NCBI GenBank assembly: GCA_042577985.1
Contig: JBHPDI010000002.1
Span: 1 to 51,001, forward strand
Direction of reading: 5' to 3'
Origin: Halobacteriota archaeon
Lineage (GTDB): Archaea > Halobacteriota > UBA148
DNA: 51,001 nucleotides
Program-made: the position numbers and the translations under genes
Shown here: piece by piece, positions 19,095-28,337 of the stretch
Layout: every line of letters starts with the position of its first letter
Numbering within the stretch: position 1 is the first letter of the stretch
Notes under the pieces: generated by a model
The model's input: the letters and a program-made list of their open reading frames with translations, nothing else
Database searches by the model: none
Told to the model about the DNA's origin: nothing

Positions 19095-19514
19095 TCACCA
19101 TTTAGCACCAAGCTTTTTGCTCAGGTCTCCCAACCGCATAGATTTAATCGTACTCAATCTTGACATTCTGGCATACTTAATAGTCTCAAAAGACTCGTTT
19201 TGCACCCCATATGGTACTCCAATATAAACTTTCAATCGGGAGTGTGCATCTCGTCCATGTTTCCGCTTATAGGGAAGCATGCCTCTGATCGTTCTCTTCA
19301 GTATCTGATCTGGTCTCTTTGGGTAATACGGGCCTTTTTCTCTACTTCCTCTATTTATTTGCTGATTATACTCTTCAAACGTGCTTAACTTTGAACCTGA
19401 AATTACGGCTTTTTCTGCGTTTACGATGAGCATATCCTCTCCTAAAAGTAGACGTTTCGCTACATTTGATGCCAAACGTCCTAATATGAGCCCATCTGCA
19501 TTGATTATAGTCAT
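19095..19514 (-). CDS. rpl13: 50S ribosomal protein L13
   Basis: [14 protein letters not shown]...RGMLP motifs. ATG at 19514; the track start at 19523 is a GTG overlapping the rpl18e stop. Confidence 0.92.
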   Translation of the reverse strand: MTIINADGLILGRLASNVAKRLLLGEDMLIVNAEKAVISGSKLSTFEEYNQQINRGSREKGPYYPKRPDQILKRTIRGMLPYKRKHGRDAHSRLKVYIGVPYGVQNESFETIKYARMSRLSTIKSMRLGDLSKKLGAKW

Positions 19515-19519
19515 TTTAA

Positions 19520-19873
19520 TCACTGAATTATTCGAACTCCTTTGCCAGAAGGATTCTCATCCATTAATTGCTCTATTGTGATGCATTTTCCTTTCATTTT
19601 TGTAATCTTATCTCTCGCGGAAAGACTGAAATCGAGAGCAACTACTGCCAAAGGATGATTTAGAATACCAGAACCAAGCACTTTACCCGGCACTAGCACT
19701 GTTTCATCCTCCAATGCATGTTGGTTGATTTGACCGACATTTACCTCTGCATAATCTCTCGTTGGCCGTTCTAACCGCTTTGCTATATCTCTCCAGATTG
19801 CCACTTTCTCCTCACGTGATTTGGTCTTAAGATCCTGTACCAATTTTACCAGTCTTGGATTTGTTTTTACCAT
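19520..19873 (-). CDS. rpl18e: 50S ribosomal protein L18e
   Basis: 117 aa with TNPRLVKLVQDLK...VNVGQIN...VLGSG pattern, in the conserved position upstream of rpl13. Confidence 0.88.
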   Translation of the reverse strand: MVKTNPRLVKLVQDLKTKSREEKVAIWRDIAKRLERPTRDYAEVNVGQINQHALEDETVLVPGKVLGSGILNHPLAVVALDFSLSARDKITKMKGKCITIEQLMDENPSGKGVRIIQ

Positions 19874-19874
19874 A

Positions 19875-20045
19875 TGCGGGGGACGAGATTTGAACTCGCG
19901 AACTCCTACGAGACAAGGCCCTCAACCTTGCGCCTTTGACCCAGCAAGGAGAAACAGTGTCTCTCCATTGATCCTTTTTCCATTCCCGTTAACGTTTATG
20001 CTCTAGGTGGAAAAGGGTTGTTTGACCAGACTTGGCAACCCCCGC
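19875..20045 (-). tRNA. tRNA-Leu (anticodon GAG) interrupted by an ~86-nt intron in the D-loop
   Basis: Minus strand reads GCGGGGGTTGCCAAGTCTGGTCAAA, then an 86-nt insert, then GGCGCAAGGTTGAGGGCCTTGTCTCGTAGGAGTTCGCGAGTTCAAATCTCGTCCCCCGCA. Acceptor is GCGGGGG/CCCCCGC. Anticodon stem is CAAGG/CCTTG with loop TTGAGGG. It has a long variable arm and T arm GCGAG-TTCAAAT-CTCGT. The spliced length is 85 nt. Confidence 0.8.
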
Positions 20046-20864
20046 TCAACTTAGCTTCTTCAAGCACTTTTTCAGCCTATTAACCTTTTCTTTTATATTA
20101 TCCGCTGAGCTTAGGATCAACTCCTCAGCTGGAAGTGAGCCATGGGATTCAAGATTAAACACGAAAGATGTTATGTCACTGCCAATGTGTATTGCTCCTA
20201 ACTCGCAGACGTCCTCACAAAGACGACAAAGGGAACAATTGAGTTCATTCGTCACCTTCAATGTATCATCCAGTTTGAGTATATCCCTTGGGCATACTTT
20301 TACACATGCCCCACACCCATTGCATTTTGATATGGAGATAGTTGGCATGTTTTTGTAGCTACATATGGATGATTGCCATTTCGCATGTTCTTGACCTTTG
20401 CCCAACCTTGCTATTGCCTCCAAATACACTTTTTGACCTTCGACGAGTTTAATTATTGGTATTTTCTCGTCTGCTGGAACGATTTTTGGATCAGATGACT
20501 TCAACTCGCCAGAATAAACCACTTTCGGTCCTTCAGCGTTTAGCGTAAGAGATACTTGACATTGTGGACATCCGCCTTCACATTTGCACTCAGAGTGCAA
20601 TATATATGAATCCAGATCGGTCTCCAAGGGAATTAAGCCCAAACGCAGTGCAAGCATTTCGTCGAATAATACAGATGTGTTCTCATATATGTTTACATCA
20701 TCTATAGTTAGTGTTGGCACCTCTGAGATCGCACTCCTTCTTAGAGCGTTTGCGAAAGCGTATGAAACGCCAGACAATATGAATTTTGCTCTAAGATTAG
20801 ACAACTCGATTATATTGATGTTCGTTTTATACCCTCCTATCGCCTTTAGACCGCGTTCCGTCAT
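20046..20864 (-). CDS. rpoD: DNA-directed RNA polymerase subunit D (Rpo3) with ferredoxin-like 4Fe-4S insert
   Basis: FANALRR...PT and LRLGLIPL motifs plus [12 protein letters not shown] and [11 protein letters not shown] cysteine clusters. The ATG at 20864 overlaps the rps11 3' end by 38 nt. Confidence 0.9.
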   Translation of the reverse strand: MTERGLKAIGGYKTNINIIELSNLRAKFILSGVSYAFANALRRSAISEVPTLTIDDVNIYENTSVLFDEMLALRLGLIPLETDLDSYILHSECKCEGGCPQCQVSLTLNAEGPKVVYSGELKSSDPKIVPADEKIPIIKLVEGQKVYLEAIARLGKGQEHAKWQSSICSYKNMPTISISKCNGCGACVKVCPRDILKLDDTLKVTNELNCSLCRLCEDVCELGAIHIGSDITSFVFNLESHGSLPAEELILSSADNIKEKVNRLKKCLKKLS

Positions 20865-21207
20865 GAGGTATGGGTGTCACGTCTTCAATTCTTCCTATTC
20901 GCAATTCAGCCCTAGCCAATGCACGAATTGCGGCTTGTGCACCAGAGCCTGGGCTACGCTGTTTGTTCCCCCCTGGCGCCCTCACTCTTACATGAACACC
21001 TATAATTCCTTTCTCTTTGGCTTGCTCTGCAGCCCTCATTGCAACTTGCATAGCTGCATATGGTGACCCCTCATCTCTATCTGCTTTAACCACCATCCCA
21101 CCAGATGATTTCGAAATGGTTTCTGCTCCAGTCAGGTCTGTTATGGTTACTATCGTGTTGTTAAACGATGCATATATGTGTGCAATACCCCATTTTCCGT
21201 TAGACAT
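20827..21207 (-). CDS. rps11: 30S ribosomal protein S11
   Basis: [24 protein letters not shown]...[11 protein letters not shown]...[11 protein letters not shown]. Start trimmed to the ATG at 21207, after the rps4 stop. Confidence 0.93.
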   Translation of the reverse strand: MSNGKWGIAHIYASFNNTIVTITDLTGAETISKSSGGMVVKADRDEGSPYAAMQVAMRAAEQAKEKGIIGVHVRVRAPGGNKQRSPGSGAQAAIRALARAELRIGRIEDVTPIPHDGTRSKGDRRV

Positions 21208-21211
21208 ACTT

Positions 21212-21727
21212 TCACTCCTCCTTCTGAGCAATAGAAGATCCCACGTAGTACCCGATCTTTGATTCTTCATCCTTTGGAACGGTGTAGCTTGGAACGTTAA
21301 TCTTTCTACCCGCAACCGATATATGGCCATGAACAATGAGCTGTCGAGCTTGTTTGGTCGAATTTGCAAGAGATCTTCTGTAGACCAGAGTTTGCAAGCG
21401 TCGCTCCAATAGATCCTCTATTCCCAATGCTAGAATTTCATCTAACTCAGCATTTGTCTTTAACAAACCCATCTTGCTTAGTTTTCCCAACACGTTCTTT
21501 GACTCAGCTCGAGCGTGATCTCCCCCCTCACTAGGTTCTGTTACCTCTGCAAGTAATTTTCGTGCTTCTCGTCGATGTTTTCTTAGTATACTATGTGCTC
21601 TCCAAAGTTCTCGCTTATTTCTTAGGCCGTATTTTTTGACCAATTCTGCCTCTTCAGCCATCCTTATAGCTTGCCATGGACGACGAGGCGTTTCATACAT
21701 TTTTCTGTTCTTTCCTGGATAAGCCAT
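21212..21727 (-). CDS. rps4: 30S ribosomal protein S4
   Basis: [16 protein letters not shown]...GLRNKRELW...HGHISV pattern with an S4 RNA-binding domain. Confidence 0.92.
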   Translation of the reverse strand: MAYPGKNRKMYETPRRPWQAIRMAEEAELVKKYGLRNKRELWRAHSILRKHRREARKLLAEVTEPSEGGDHARAESKNVLGKLSKMGLLKTNAELDEILALGIEDLLERRLQTLVYRRSLANSTKQARQLIVHGHISVAGRKINVPSYTVPKDEESKIGYYVGSSIAQKEE

Positions 21728-21732
21728 GAAAA

Positions 21733-22233
21733 TCACTTCTTTTCTTTCTCTCCCTGTGTTGCGATTAACTTCTTTCTTACAACCCCTACTGTAGCTCCTT
21801 TTCGTCCAGTTGACCTGGTTTTTTGACCTCTGACCTTGTATCCTCTTTCGTGCCTGATACCAGTGTAACTACGTGTTTTCTTCATCCTACTGATATCCTC
21901 TTCTAGCGTAAGCATGATGTCGGAGGCTGTAATATGCCGTCCAATACCAAGCAGTGGATCTTTTTGCCTATTAATCATCCAACTCGGAGCACTTTTTTCG
22001 AACTCTGTAACTGCTTTTTTTAATCGTTCAATTTCCTCATTTGCTAGATAACCCGTAGTCGCCTTTAGATCTAATCCGGCGTTCTGAGCAATTATCCTTG
22101 CTGACCGTCTGCCAACACCTTTTATACCAGTAAGCGCATAGTGCACACTCTTCTTTCCCGCTAGATCAGTGCTACCGACTCTAACTATGTGCTTGATTTT
22201 TTCATCTGTCTTTTTTTGATTATCCATATCCAT
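21733..22233 (-). CDS. rps13: 30S ribosomal protein S13
   Basis: [28 protein letters not shown] motif. The track ORF extends to 22341 but that part is the tRNA-Ser gene, so the ATG at 22233 is used. Confidence 0.9.
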   Translation of the reverse strand: MDMDNQKKTDEKIKHIVRVGSTDLAGKKSVHYALTGIKGVGRRSARIIAQNAGLDLKATTGYLANEEIERLKKAVTEFEKSAPSWMINRQKDPLLGIGRHITASDIMLTLEEDISRMKKTRSYTGIRHERGYKVRGQKTRSTGRKGATVGVVRKKLIATQGEKEKK

Positions 22234-22262
22234 TTTCTCACCTAACTCAGGCGAAGCAGTCA

Positions 22263-22347
22263 CGCCGGGGAAGGGACTCGAACCCCTGCGTTCCAGAGGA
22301 ACACAAGCTCTCCAAGCTTGCGCTTTAGACCACTCAGCCACCCCGGC
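22263..22347 (-). tRNA. tRNA-Ser (anticodon GGA)
   Basis: Minus strand reads GCCGGGGTGGCTGAGTGGTCTAAAGCGCAAGCTTGGAGAGCTTGTGTTCCTCTGGAACGCAGGGGTTCGAGTCCCTTCCCCGGCG. Acceptor is GCCGGGG/CCCCGGC. Anticodon stem is CAAGC/GCTTG with loop TTGGAGA. It has a long variable arm. Confidence 0.88.
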
Positions 22348-22377
22348 ACAAAGGTTACGGCCCTTTTGAGCTATTAT

Positions 22378-23343
22378 TTACCATCCTCTAGGATATATAT
22401 TGGGTTCCATTAAGACCCTATCGGTGTCAACTACAACTCCCTTCTTGGCATATAATACTTGCTGTGAATTCATTTTAGCTGTGCCAAGGCATACTGCTTC
22501 ACCTTTTAATGTGAAAACGGCCACCCAATCCTTTGCACAGATACCTTTTTGGGCAGATAATACGCCAGGTACGGCAAGATCTGCGCCATGGCAGATCGCA
22601 TCTACTGCGGAGTCCCTTATGACTATTCTGGGCAGAGCTTCCAATGCATGTTCCATCGGGAGAATTACCTTTCTAAGGTTAGATTCTATACTATTCTCCT
22701 CCCAAAATGCATATGCATCCTTTAGATCGTGCAATGTCGTGAGCCTTGCCTCTGTGAATACCCCTGCACGGGTCCTGCGTAATTCTGACATATGTGCACC
22801 AGTTCCAAGCGATTTTCCAATATCGTGACACAGTTTACGAATGTATGTCCCTGCTTCACATCCCACTCTGAACAGTATGTCTTTTCCGTCCCTCTCTTTT
22901 ATTTCTAGGTAGTAGATATTCCTCTTGCGAATACGCCGCTTAACAGCAGACTTTAATGGCGGTAGTTGATATATTGGTCCAACGAACTGATTGAAAACTC
23001 TTGTTAGATTTTCTGCTGAAACGTCTCTATGAAGTCTCATTAAACATATATATTCCTTACCTGCCGTCAGTAGGGCACCAACTACCTTGGTGGCATCTTC
23101 GAGCATAACTGGAAGCACACCTGTTACATTTGGGTCTAAAGTACCACTATGCCCTGCCTTACTTAAATGCAAAATTCCCTTGATCCATGCAACTGCCTCA
23201 TGAGAAGTTGGTCCTGGTGGTTTGTCTATATTTACCAAGCCTTTGTTGATGTGCCCTTTCATATCGCGTTTTTCTGGATAGCACCCATGATCTGGATTTG
23301 TTTTATCCTTCGCTCTAACAAGCATCTCTCTCTTGGTGTTCAT
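22378..23343 (-). CDS. cbf5: tRNA/rRNA pseudouridine synthase Cbf5 (TruB family with PUA domain)
   Basis: KPPGPTSHEAV...GHSGTLDPNVTGVLPV catalytic motif and a C-terminal PUA-like region, 321 aa. Confidence 0.9.
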   Translation of the reverse strand: MNTKREMLVRAKDKTNPDHGCYPEKRDMKGHINKGLVNIDKPPGPTSHEAVAWIKGILHLSKAGHSGTLDPNVTGVLPVMLEDATKVVGALLTAGKEYICLMRLHRDVSAENLTRVFNQFVGPIYQLPPLKSAVKRRIRKRNIYYLEIKERDGKDILFRVGCEAGTYIRKLCHDIGKSLGTGAHMSELRRTRAGVFTEARLTTLHDLKDAYAFWEENSIESNLRKVILPMEHALEALPRIVIRDSAVDAICHGADLAVPGVLSAQKGICAKDWVAVFTLKGEAVCLGTAKMNSQQVLYAKKGVVVDTDRVLMEPNIYPRGW

Positions 23344-23870
23344 TTTTTATTGCCCAATGCCTTTATTGAAGTATATAAAATCTCCGCGACTCCGTTCTTG
23401 TCCCACTTGGATGAGTCAACTACTAGATCATAGGGAGATAAATCGTTGATATCGATTTTGTATAGTTCCATGTGTCTTTTTGCGTCGCATGCTTCTCGCT
23501 CTTTTCCATCTCTTAGTGCTTGTTCAAAGGATATCTCTTCACGGGAGGCGACTCGGCTACATCGGGACTCTACCGATGCCTTAAGCCATATTTTTATGTC
23601 ACCATCCACCATCCACCCAGAAAGACGCCCTTCTATCAGGACGTTATCTTTTTTATTGGCGATTTCTACCTGTCTTTCATCTATCATTTTATCGATTTTT
23701 GGATCTATCTCTGCCATTTTGCCAAGTTCTAACAACGAGACACCCATTTCATTAGCCATGTCCCTAAACATGTTTCCTGCGGATATGATCTCAAGTTGTA
23801 GCATATTTGCAAGTTTTCTTGCAACAGTACTAGTTCCACTTCCTGGCAAGCCACCCAACGTGATTATCAT
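23340..23870 (-). CDS. cmk: cytidylate kinase, archaeal type
   Basis: MIITLGGLPGSGTST P-loop. ATG at 23870; the track start at 23879 is a GTG overlapping the upstream stop. Confidence 0.85.
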   Translation of the reverse strand: MIITLGGLPGSGTSTVARKLANMLQLEIISAGNMFRDMANEMGVSLLELGKMAEIDPKIDKMIDERQVEIANKKDNVLIEGRLSGWMVDGDIKIWLKASVESRCSRVASREEISFEQALRDGKEREACDAKRHMELYKIDINDLSPYDLVVDSSKWDKNGVAEILYTSIKALGNKK

Positions 23871-23871
23871 T

Positions 23872-24471
23872 TTATGCACCTATGTTCAATAACTTTCGGA
23901 TGACTTGGCTTATCGAAAGAGAGCAGATGAAATACCAGAAGAGCCATACTGGTACAAATCGCAGAACCTTGTCAGCAGTCAGTATTTTAATACCATAGAA
24001 TGGCAATATGATCGTTGCATCTGGCTGTAACGTAAATATTAGATGGTAAAGCCAGCCAAATATGGGCAGTGTTATCAACATGGTATATGCCATCGGCTTG
24101 AACTGCTGCTTCATCATCTCAGACTGCATCTGCATCATCTGGGCTCTTTGTCCCTCTAATTTCTTCAGTTTGCCCTTATTCCCTGATATCTGAGCTTCTC
24201 GAAATTCTTTTTGAAAAAATTTCATTTGCTCTTGAGCTCTCTTAGTGGTCTTCCAATCGATAGTATACTTCTGGATGATCGAAACGAAGAACCCCGTGAT
24301 CATTGATAATACTAGAATTACGATATGGATCGGTAATATTGTTAATGGTCCCAATAAGCTATTCATCATCATACCTAGCGAATATCGAAACTCTTGATTC
24401 GTAAACCCAATTATAAGGCCGAATCCTGCAATCAATGCAACCTTGTCCAAGTATTCCTTCCACTTACTCAT
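23872..24471 (-). CDS. DUF106 membrane protein (archaeal YidC/Oxa1/EMC3-like insertase candidate)
   Basis: Three TM segments with a long Lys/Gln/Met-rich coiled loop (FQKEFREAQISGNKGKLKKLEGQRAQMMQMQSEMMKQ). It occupies the conserved position between secY and cmk. Confidence 0.75.
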   Translation of the reverse strand: MSKWKEYLDKVALIAGFGLIIGFTNQEFRYSLGMMMNSLLGPLTILPIHIVILVLSMITGFFVSIIQKYTIDWKTTKRAQEQMKFFQKEFREAQISGNKGKLKKLEGQRAQMMQMQSEMMKQQFKPMAYTMLITLPIFGWLYHLIFTLQPDATIILPFYGIKILTADKVLRFVPVWLFWYFICSLSISQVIRKLLNIGA

Positions 24472-25971
24472 TCATTCCTCGCCAAAAAATCCTCTCAGCA
24501 TCGGATGCATCTCCATCATCTGCTCAGATGCGAGCTGCTCGTACATTCCGTATACGATACTAACGGTCAGCAAAAGACCCGTTCCACCAGCTTGTCCAAC
24601 AGTGCCTGTAAAGCTCGCCAATGCAGCCAAAGCTCCGATGAAAGCGCCACCAATTACGGTGACCTTCGGGATATATCGATTCATCACCCTTTCAATGGAT
24701 GCAATATTTTGCCTAAATCCCGGGATTTGCATTCCAGATCTTTGAATTTGTTCTGCCACATTCTTAGGACCCATTCCGGTTGTATCGATCCAGAATATTG
24801 CAAATACGATGGATCCAAGTATCATGATAATCAAGTAAACGACTATTTTGAGTGCTATCTGCAATGGTAAGTGCATTGCTACGCTGGGGATTAATTCAGT
24901 GGGGCTGCTTATCGGTGCAAGATAATACATAATCCCAGAGATAGCAGTATTCCCCTCAAATGCGCCTATCAGTGGGTTATGACCAATGATTGATAGATTA
25001 CTACTCCAGAGTAGCATTCCGACCATCTGGATGTTAGCAGTTAGCGCCATTACCAGGATTATCGGCAGAACAGATGCGTATATCAATTTAACAGGGAATC
25101 TGCCCCTTGCGCCACGTACGCCAGAGTGTGCAAGTGGAATTTCAATTCGCGTGCTTTCAGCATATACAACTATGGCAAAGATCAAGATCGTGCCGATCAA
25201 AGCCAGCAATCCACCGCCAATCAGCAAGAACATCAAACCACTTCCAGTGAGCACCCAGTCAAAACCCATCGTAGTGAATATCTCGTACCATCTTGGGATC
25301 AGTCCTACCGAAAGCATCTCCCCAGTAAATGGATGTATGGCGAATGGGTCTGGTGCCCAATGAAAAACACCGCGTATCAAAGCGTCAGATACACCAGCAA
25401 CGATGAAAAGGCCGACTCCGGAGCCAATGCCCCATTTCGAAACCGTCTCGTCCATGAAGAGAATCAGAACGCCGCCAATGCACACTTGAAGGAATATAAT
25501 CATCATTAACATAGTCGGGGATATGCCCAACATGCCTGCTAATTCTAAATCTGGTAATAAGTAACCAGCCATTATCTGGGGTAGTGTTGTTAGAACAATC
25601 ATGACGAATACAAGTGTCTTTTGCATACCCTGAAATATCGCCTGATCTTTTGGATTAGAAAGATCTAGTTTAAGTATATCTGCACCGACGAACAGTTGCA
25701 GGATTATGGAAGCGGTTACTATTGGACCTATACCCAGTAGTATCAGTGAGCCAGAGGTTCCAGCCATGATGGTTCGATACATTTCAAACAGGTCTCTTGA
25801 CTCTGGATGGAGACCGAATAAGGGGACATTTGAAAGCGCTAGATATAATGCTAAGATGCCAACAGTCCATAATAATTTATTTTTGAGGTGGACGTGGCCT
25901 ACAGGTCCTTTTACAGCAGGAAGCCTATTGAAAAATGGTTCTAGGCGATCCTTGATACCTATTTGGCCCAA
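24472..25971 (-). CDS. secY: preprotein translocase subunit SecY
   Basis: 499-aa 10-TM protein with N-terminus FNRLPAVKGP and a GIGPIVTASII-type motif. TTG start; no in-frame ATG nearby. Confidence 0.93.
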   Translation of the reverse strand: MGQIGIKDRLEPFFNRLPAVKGPVGHVHLKNKLLWTVGILALYLALSNVPLFGLHPESRDLFEMYRTIMAGTSGSLILLGIGPIVTASIILQLFVGADILKLDLSNPKDQAIFQGMQKTLVFVMIVLTTLPQIMAGYLLPDLELAGMLGISPTMLMMIIFLQVCIGGVLILFMDETVSKWGIGSGVGLFIVAGVSDALIRGVFHWAPDPFAIHPFTGEMLSVGLIPRWYEIFTTMGFDWVLTGSGLMFLLIGGGLLALIGTILIFAIVVYAESTRIEIPLAHSGVRGARGRFPVKLIYASVLPIILVMALTANIQMVGMLLWSSNLSIIGHNPLIGAFEGNTAISGIMYYLAPISSPTELIPSVAMHLPLQIALKIVVYLIIMILGSIVFAIFWIDTTGMGPKNVAEQIQRSGMQIPGFRQNIASIERVMNRYIPKVTVIGGAFIGALAALASFTGTVGQAGGTGLLLTVSIVYGMYEQLASEQMMEMHPMLRGFFGEE

Positions 25972-26324
25972 ACATTACCACCTATCTTCTCTAATTTAAT
26001 TTTCGCAATTTCAGAAAATTCACTGGCCTTCAGAACGAATTTTTTTGTTACCTTGCCACTACCAAGCACTTTTGTTATTCCTAGGTCTTTCAAATCGACG
26101 TGGATTAATCCGTTCTTTTCTTTGGCAAGTCCCTCAACAAGTAAATAGTCTGAAATCTGGTCAATCTCGCCTATATTAATAGTCGTCTTTTCTTGAATGA
26201 CCTTAGGGGGCCTTTTGAAACCATGGGGGGGATCTCTATGATCTTTGGGTTTAGAACCTTTTCGACCAGCGTGTCCGAAACCAAAACTTCTTTTACCACG
26301 GAATTTCTTTATTTTTTTTCGCAT
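25959..26324 (-). CDS. rpl15: 50S ribosomal protein L15
   Basis: KKFRGKRSFGFGHAG...KVLGSGKV pattern. ATG at 26324; the track start is GTG. Confidence 0.88.
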   Translation of the reverse strand: MRKKIKKFRGKRSFGFGHAGRKGSKPKDHRDPPHGFKRPPKVIQEKTTINIGEIDQISDYLLVEGLAKEKNGLIHVDLKDLGITKVLGSGKVTKKFVLKASEFSEIAKIKLEKIGGNVWAK

Positions 26325-26329
26325 AGGTC

Positions 26330-26791
26330 TCACCGCATTTGTTTAAGGAGATAATTGATATCCTCGCCATAAAATCCAAGCGCACCACCTTGCTGAAAAG
26401 TCTTTTTAATTCCCTTGTGCCCTTTTCGCGGGGGATGGAGCCGAAAAACTGGCGTGATCATAGGAACATCTTTAAGGGACGTTTTTCCCCCAAAAAGTGC
26501 TTTCGACAAACTCTTTATTGTACTATAGTTCGTGTTTTCTTTTACATATTTATCGGTAAGCGAAGCTCCACCTATAAGTTCGCCCCTCATCCGTAAGATC
26601 ATTTCAAGTGATTCCTTGTTAACATTACCCCAAGCAACGTAATCCTTCACTTTTCGGATCATACCTTCATTGTTGGGGTTCTCATCCAAAAAGACACAGT
26701 GATTTACCCTGTTTAAACGTAACATATTCAGCGTATCCTTTATATCTGGTCTAATGTTAACACTACCTCTTAGCATGATCACCGCATACAT
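26330..26791 (-). CDS. rpl30: 50S ribosomal protein L30
   Basis: YAVIMLRGSVNIRPDIKDTLNMLRL motif in 153 aa. Confidence 0.9.
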   Translation of the reverse strand: MYAVIMLRGSVNIRPDIKDTLNMLRLNRVNHCVFLDENPNNEGMIRKVKDYVAWGNVNKESLEMILRMRGELIGGASLTDKYVKENTNYSTIKSLSKALFGGKTSLKDVPMITPVFRLHPPRKGHKGIKKTFQQGGALGFYGEDINYLLKQMR

Positions 26792-27411
26792 CACTTGAGC
26801 CCCCTTATGGTCGCAGTTTGCTTTAGTGCCAAATAGGTGGCCTTTGCAAAATTCAGCGTAGTTCGAGTCTCTCCTCTAGAAAAAGTCCAAACATCCTTGA
26901 TGCCAGCCAGCTCTAATACCTTCTTTATGGACTTGCCTGAAGCAATTCCGAGTCCTCTGGGTGCTGGCTTAAGCAATACTGTGGCACTACCTACCTTTCC
27001 TTTTACTTCTAGTGGGACGGTATGTGGCAGACCGCAACCACACTCCCAAGAACCACAACCCCTTCTAATATGTATTATGTTTCGCTTTGCCGCGTTGATC
27101 GCTTTGAGAATAGCAGGTCCAACCTGTACATCCCTGCTCTGACCAAGTCCTACATAACCATCACCATTGCCTACTACGACGACCACTCTGAATTTGATTC
27201 GACGCCCGGAGTCGGTCATTCGTTGTACCATGTTGACATCTAAAACTTCGTCCATTAAGTCTGGCAAAAGTGTGTCAACTATCTGGTGTTCCTTAATCGG
27301 AAGACCTGATTCAATTGCTTTCTCGATCGACTTGATCTTGCCCTCTAAGACTAACTTTCCCAGACGTGTCTTGGGGATCCATATATCTTCTTTATATTCT
27401 GTTCTGGACAT
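26791..27411 (-). CDS. rps5: 30S ribosomal protein S5
   Basis: [20 protein letters not shown]...GLGIASG...ELAGIKD motifs. Confidence 0.93.
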   Translation of the reverse strand: MSRTEYKEDIWIPKTRLGKLVLEGKIKSIEKAIESGLPIKEHQIVDTLLPDLMDEVLDVNMVQRMTDSGRRIKFRVVVVVGNGDGYVGLGQSRDVQVGPAILKAINAAKRNIIHIRRGCGSWECGCGLPHTVPLEVKGKVGSATVLLKPAPRGLGIASGKSIKKVLELAGIKDVWTFSRGETRTTLNFAKATYLALKQTATIRGLK

Positions 27412-27894
27412 CTATTCACCTTGGGTGAACTCGCTCAGCATTTTTTCCTTGATATCATCGAAAGATATATCTTTAATAGTATTCTCTCCTTGAATTCTTT
27501 CCTCGGGCGGAAACATGATCGGATCATGGGGGATACTCATGCCGGCATCAGTCATACCTTTTAGTGCCGCATAAATTTTTGAGCCCGGAGATGAAGTCTG
27601 TAAACCAATATCAAACACAGCATCCTTAGCTACCTTTTTTGCTCTAAGGCCGAACAACAATCCAGTTAGGTATGCAGCAGATGTATTTCCGGTTTTTTTA
27701 AGTCCAAACCTTTTTAGTTCGGAGGAGATCGCGGACGACGAAGTAACATCCCCATGCTCGCTCGGATAAACTAGCTGTACTACTATGTTCCTTAGACTCT
27801 TTCGCACCACAACCCGTGGTTTTTGGGATAATAATAATTTAAGCCTCTGCCTAAAATCTGTCTTTCCTTCCTTTCTTCTCCTAAATTTTGCCAT
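27412..27894 (-). CDS. rpl18: 50S ribosomal protein L18
   Basis: RRRKEGKTDFRQRLKLL...RVVVRKSLRNIVVQ N-terminus and AAYLTGLL motif. Confidence 0.92.
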   Translation of the reverse strand: MAKFRRRKEGKTDFRQRLKLLLSQKPRVVVRKSLRNIVVQLVYPSEHGDVTSSSAISSELKRFGLKKTGNTSAAYLTGLLFGLRAKKVAKDAVFDIGLQTSSPGSKIYAALKGMTDAGMSIPHDPIMFPPEERIQGENTIKDISFDDIKEKMLSEFTQGE

Positions 27895-28336
27895 GATTAA
27901 CTCCTTCTGATTTCATATGAGACTCTAAGTGAGAGACATCCTTAAACTCGCCACTTGTGGCTTTACCATATAATTTCCTATACATAGTTGCATCTATGGT
28001 GCCACCTTCTCTAAATGTTTTGAGCCTTTTTCGAATGGCCCTAATGCGGGTCATCCATATTTCTTTTCTCCGCATTCTAGCACCTTTTGCACCCCGGCGA
28101 CTGCCGTGTCCTTTTCGATGCCCATATGCTTTCTTTATATCTTTTGCACGTGCTCTACCACGACTTACCCCTACCTTGGGCTTTCGTTTGATAACTCCTG
28201 TAGCTATAAGCTCCCGAATATCTGCCCTCGTGATAGCCGTTGATATATCTTCAGCCTTTTCAGAATCCATCCATACTCTTTCCGAGCCAACATCGAGGAT
28301 ATCTGCAGCCATTCTCCTTTGATTGGATATGTTCAT
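27881..28336 (-). CDS. rpl19e: 50S ribosomal protein L19e
   Basis: QRRMAADILDVG..RVW...GHGSRRGAKGAR pattern in 151 aa. Confidence 0.92.
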   Translation of the reverse strand: MNISNQRRMAADILDVGSERVWMDSEKAEDISTAITRADIRELIATGVIKRKPKVGVSRGRARAKDIKKAYGHRKGHGSRRGAKGARMRRKEIWMTRIRAIRKRLKTFREGGTIDATMYRKLYGKATSGEFKDVSHLESHMKSEGVNHGKI

Positions 28337-28337
28337 C

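Noticed and set aside
20046-20864. Cys-rich ferredoxin-like insert in RpoD
   Set aside because: 4Fe-4S cluster domains in archaeal Rpo3/subunit D are well documented. This is not novel.
22234-22341. N-terminal 36-aa extension of the S13 ORF (MAEWSKAQAWRACVPLERRGSSPFPG...)
   Set aside because: This stretch is the reverse-strand reading of the tRNA-Ser(GGA) gene. S13 homology begins only after the internal ATG at 22233.
23872-25971. Absence of adenylate kinase (adk) between secY and the DUF106 gene, where many archaeal spc-type operons carry it
   Set aside because: secY's stop codon begins the base after the DUF106 ATG ends, with no remnant sequence. adk is presumably encoded elsewhere. This is a gene-order variant, not evidence of a novel system.
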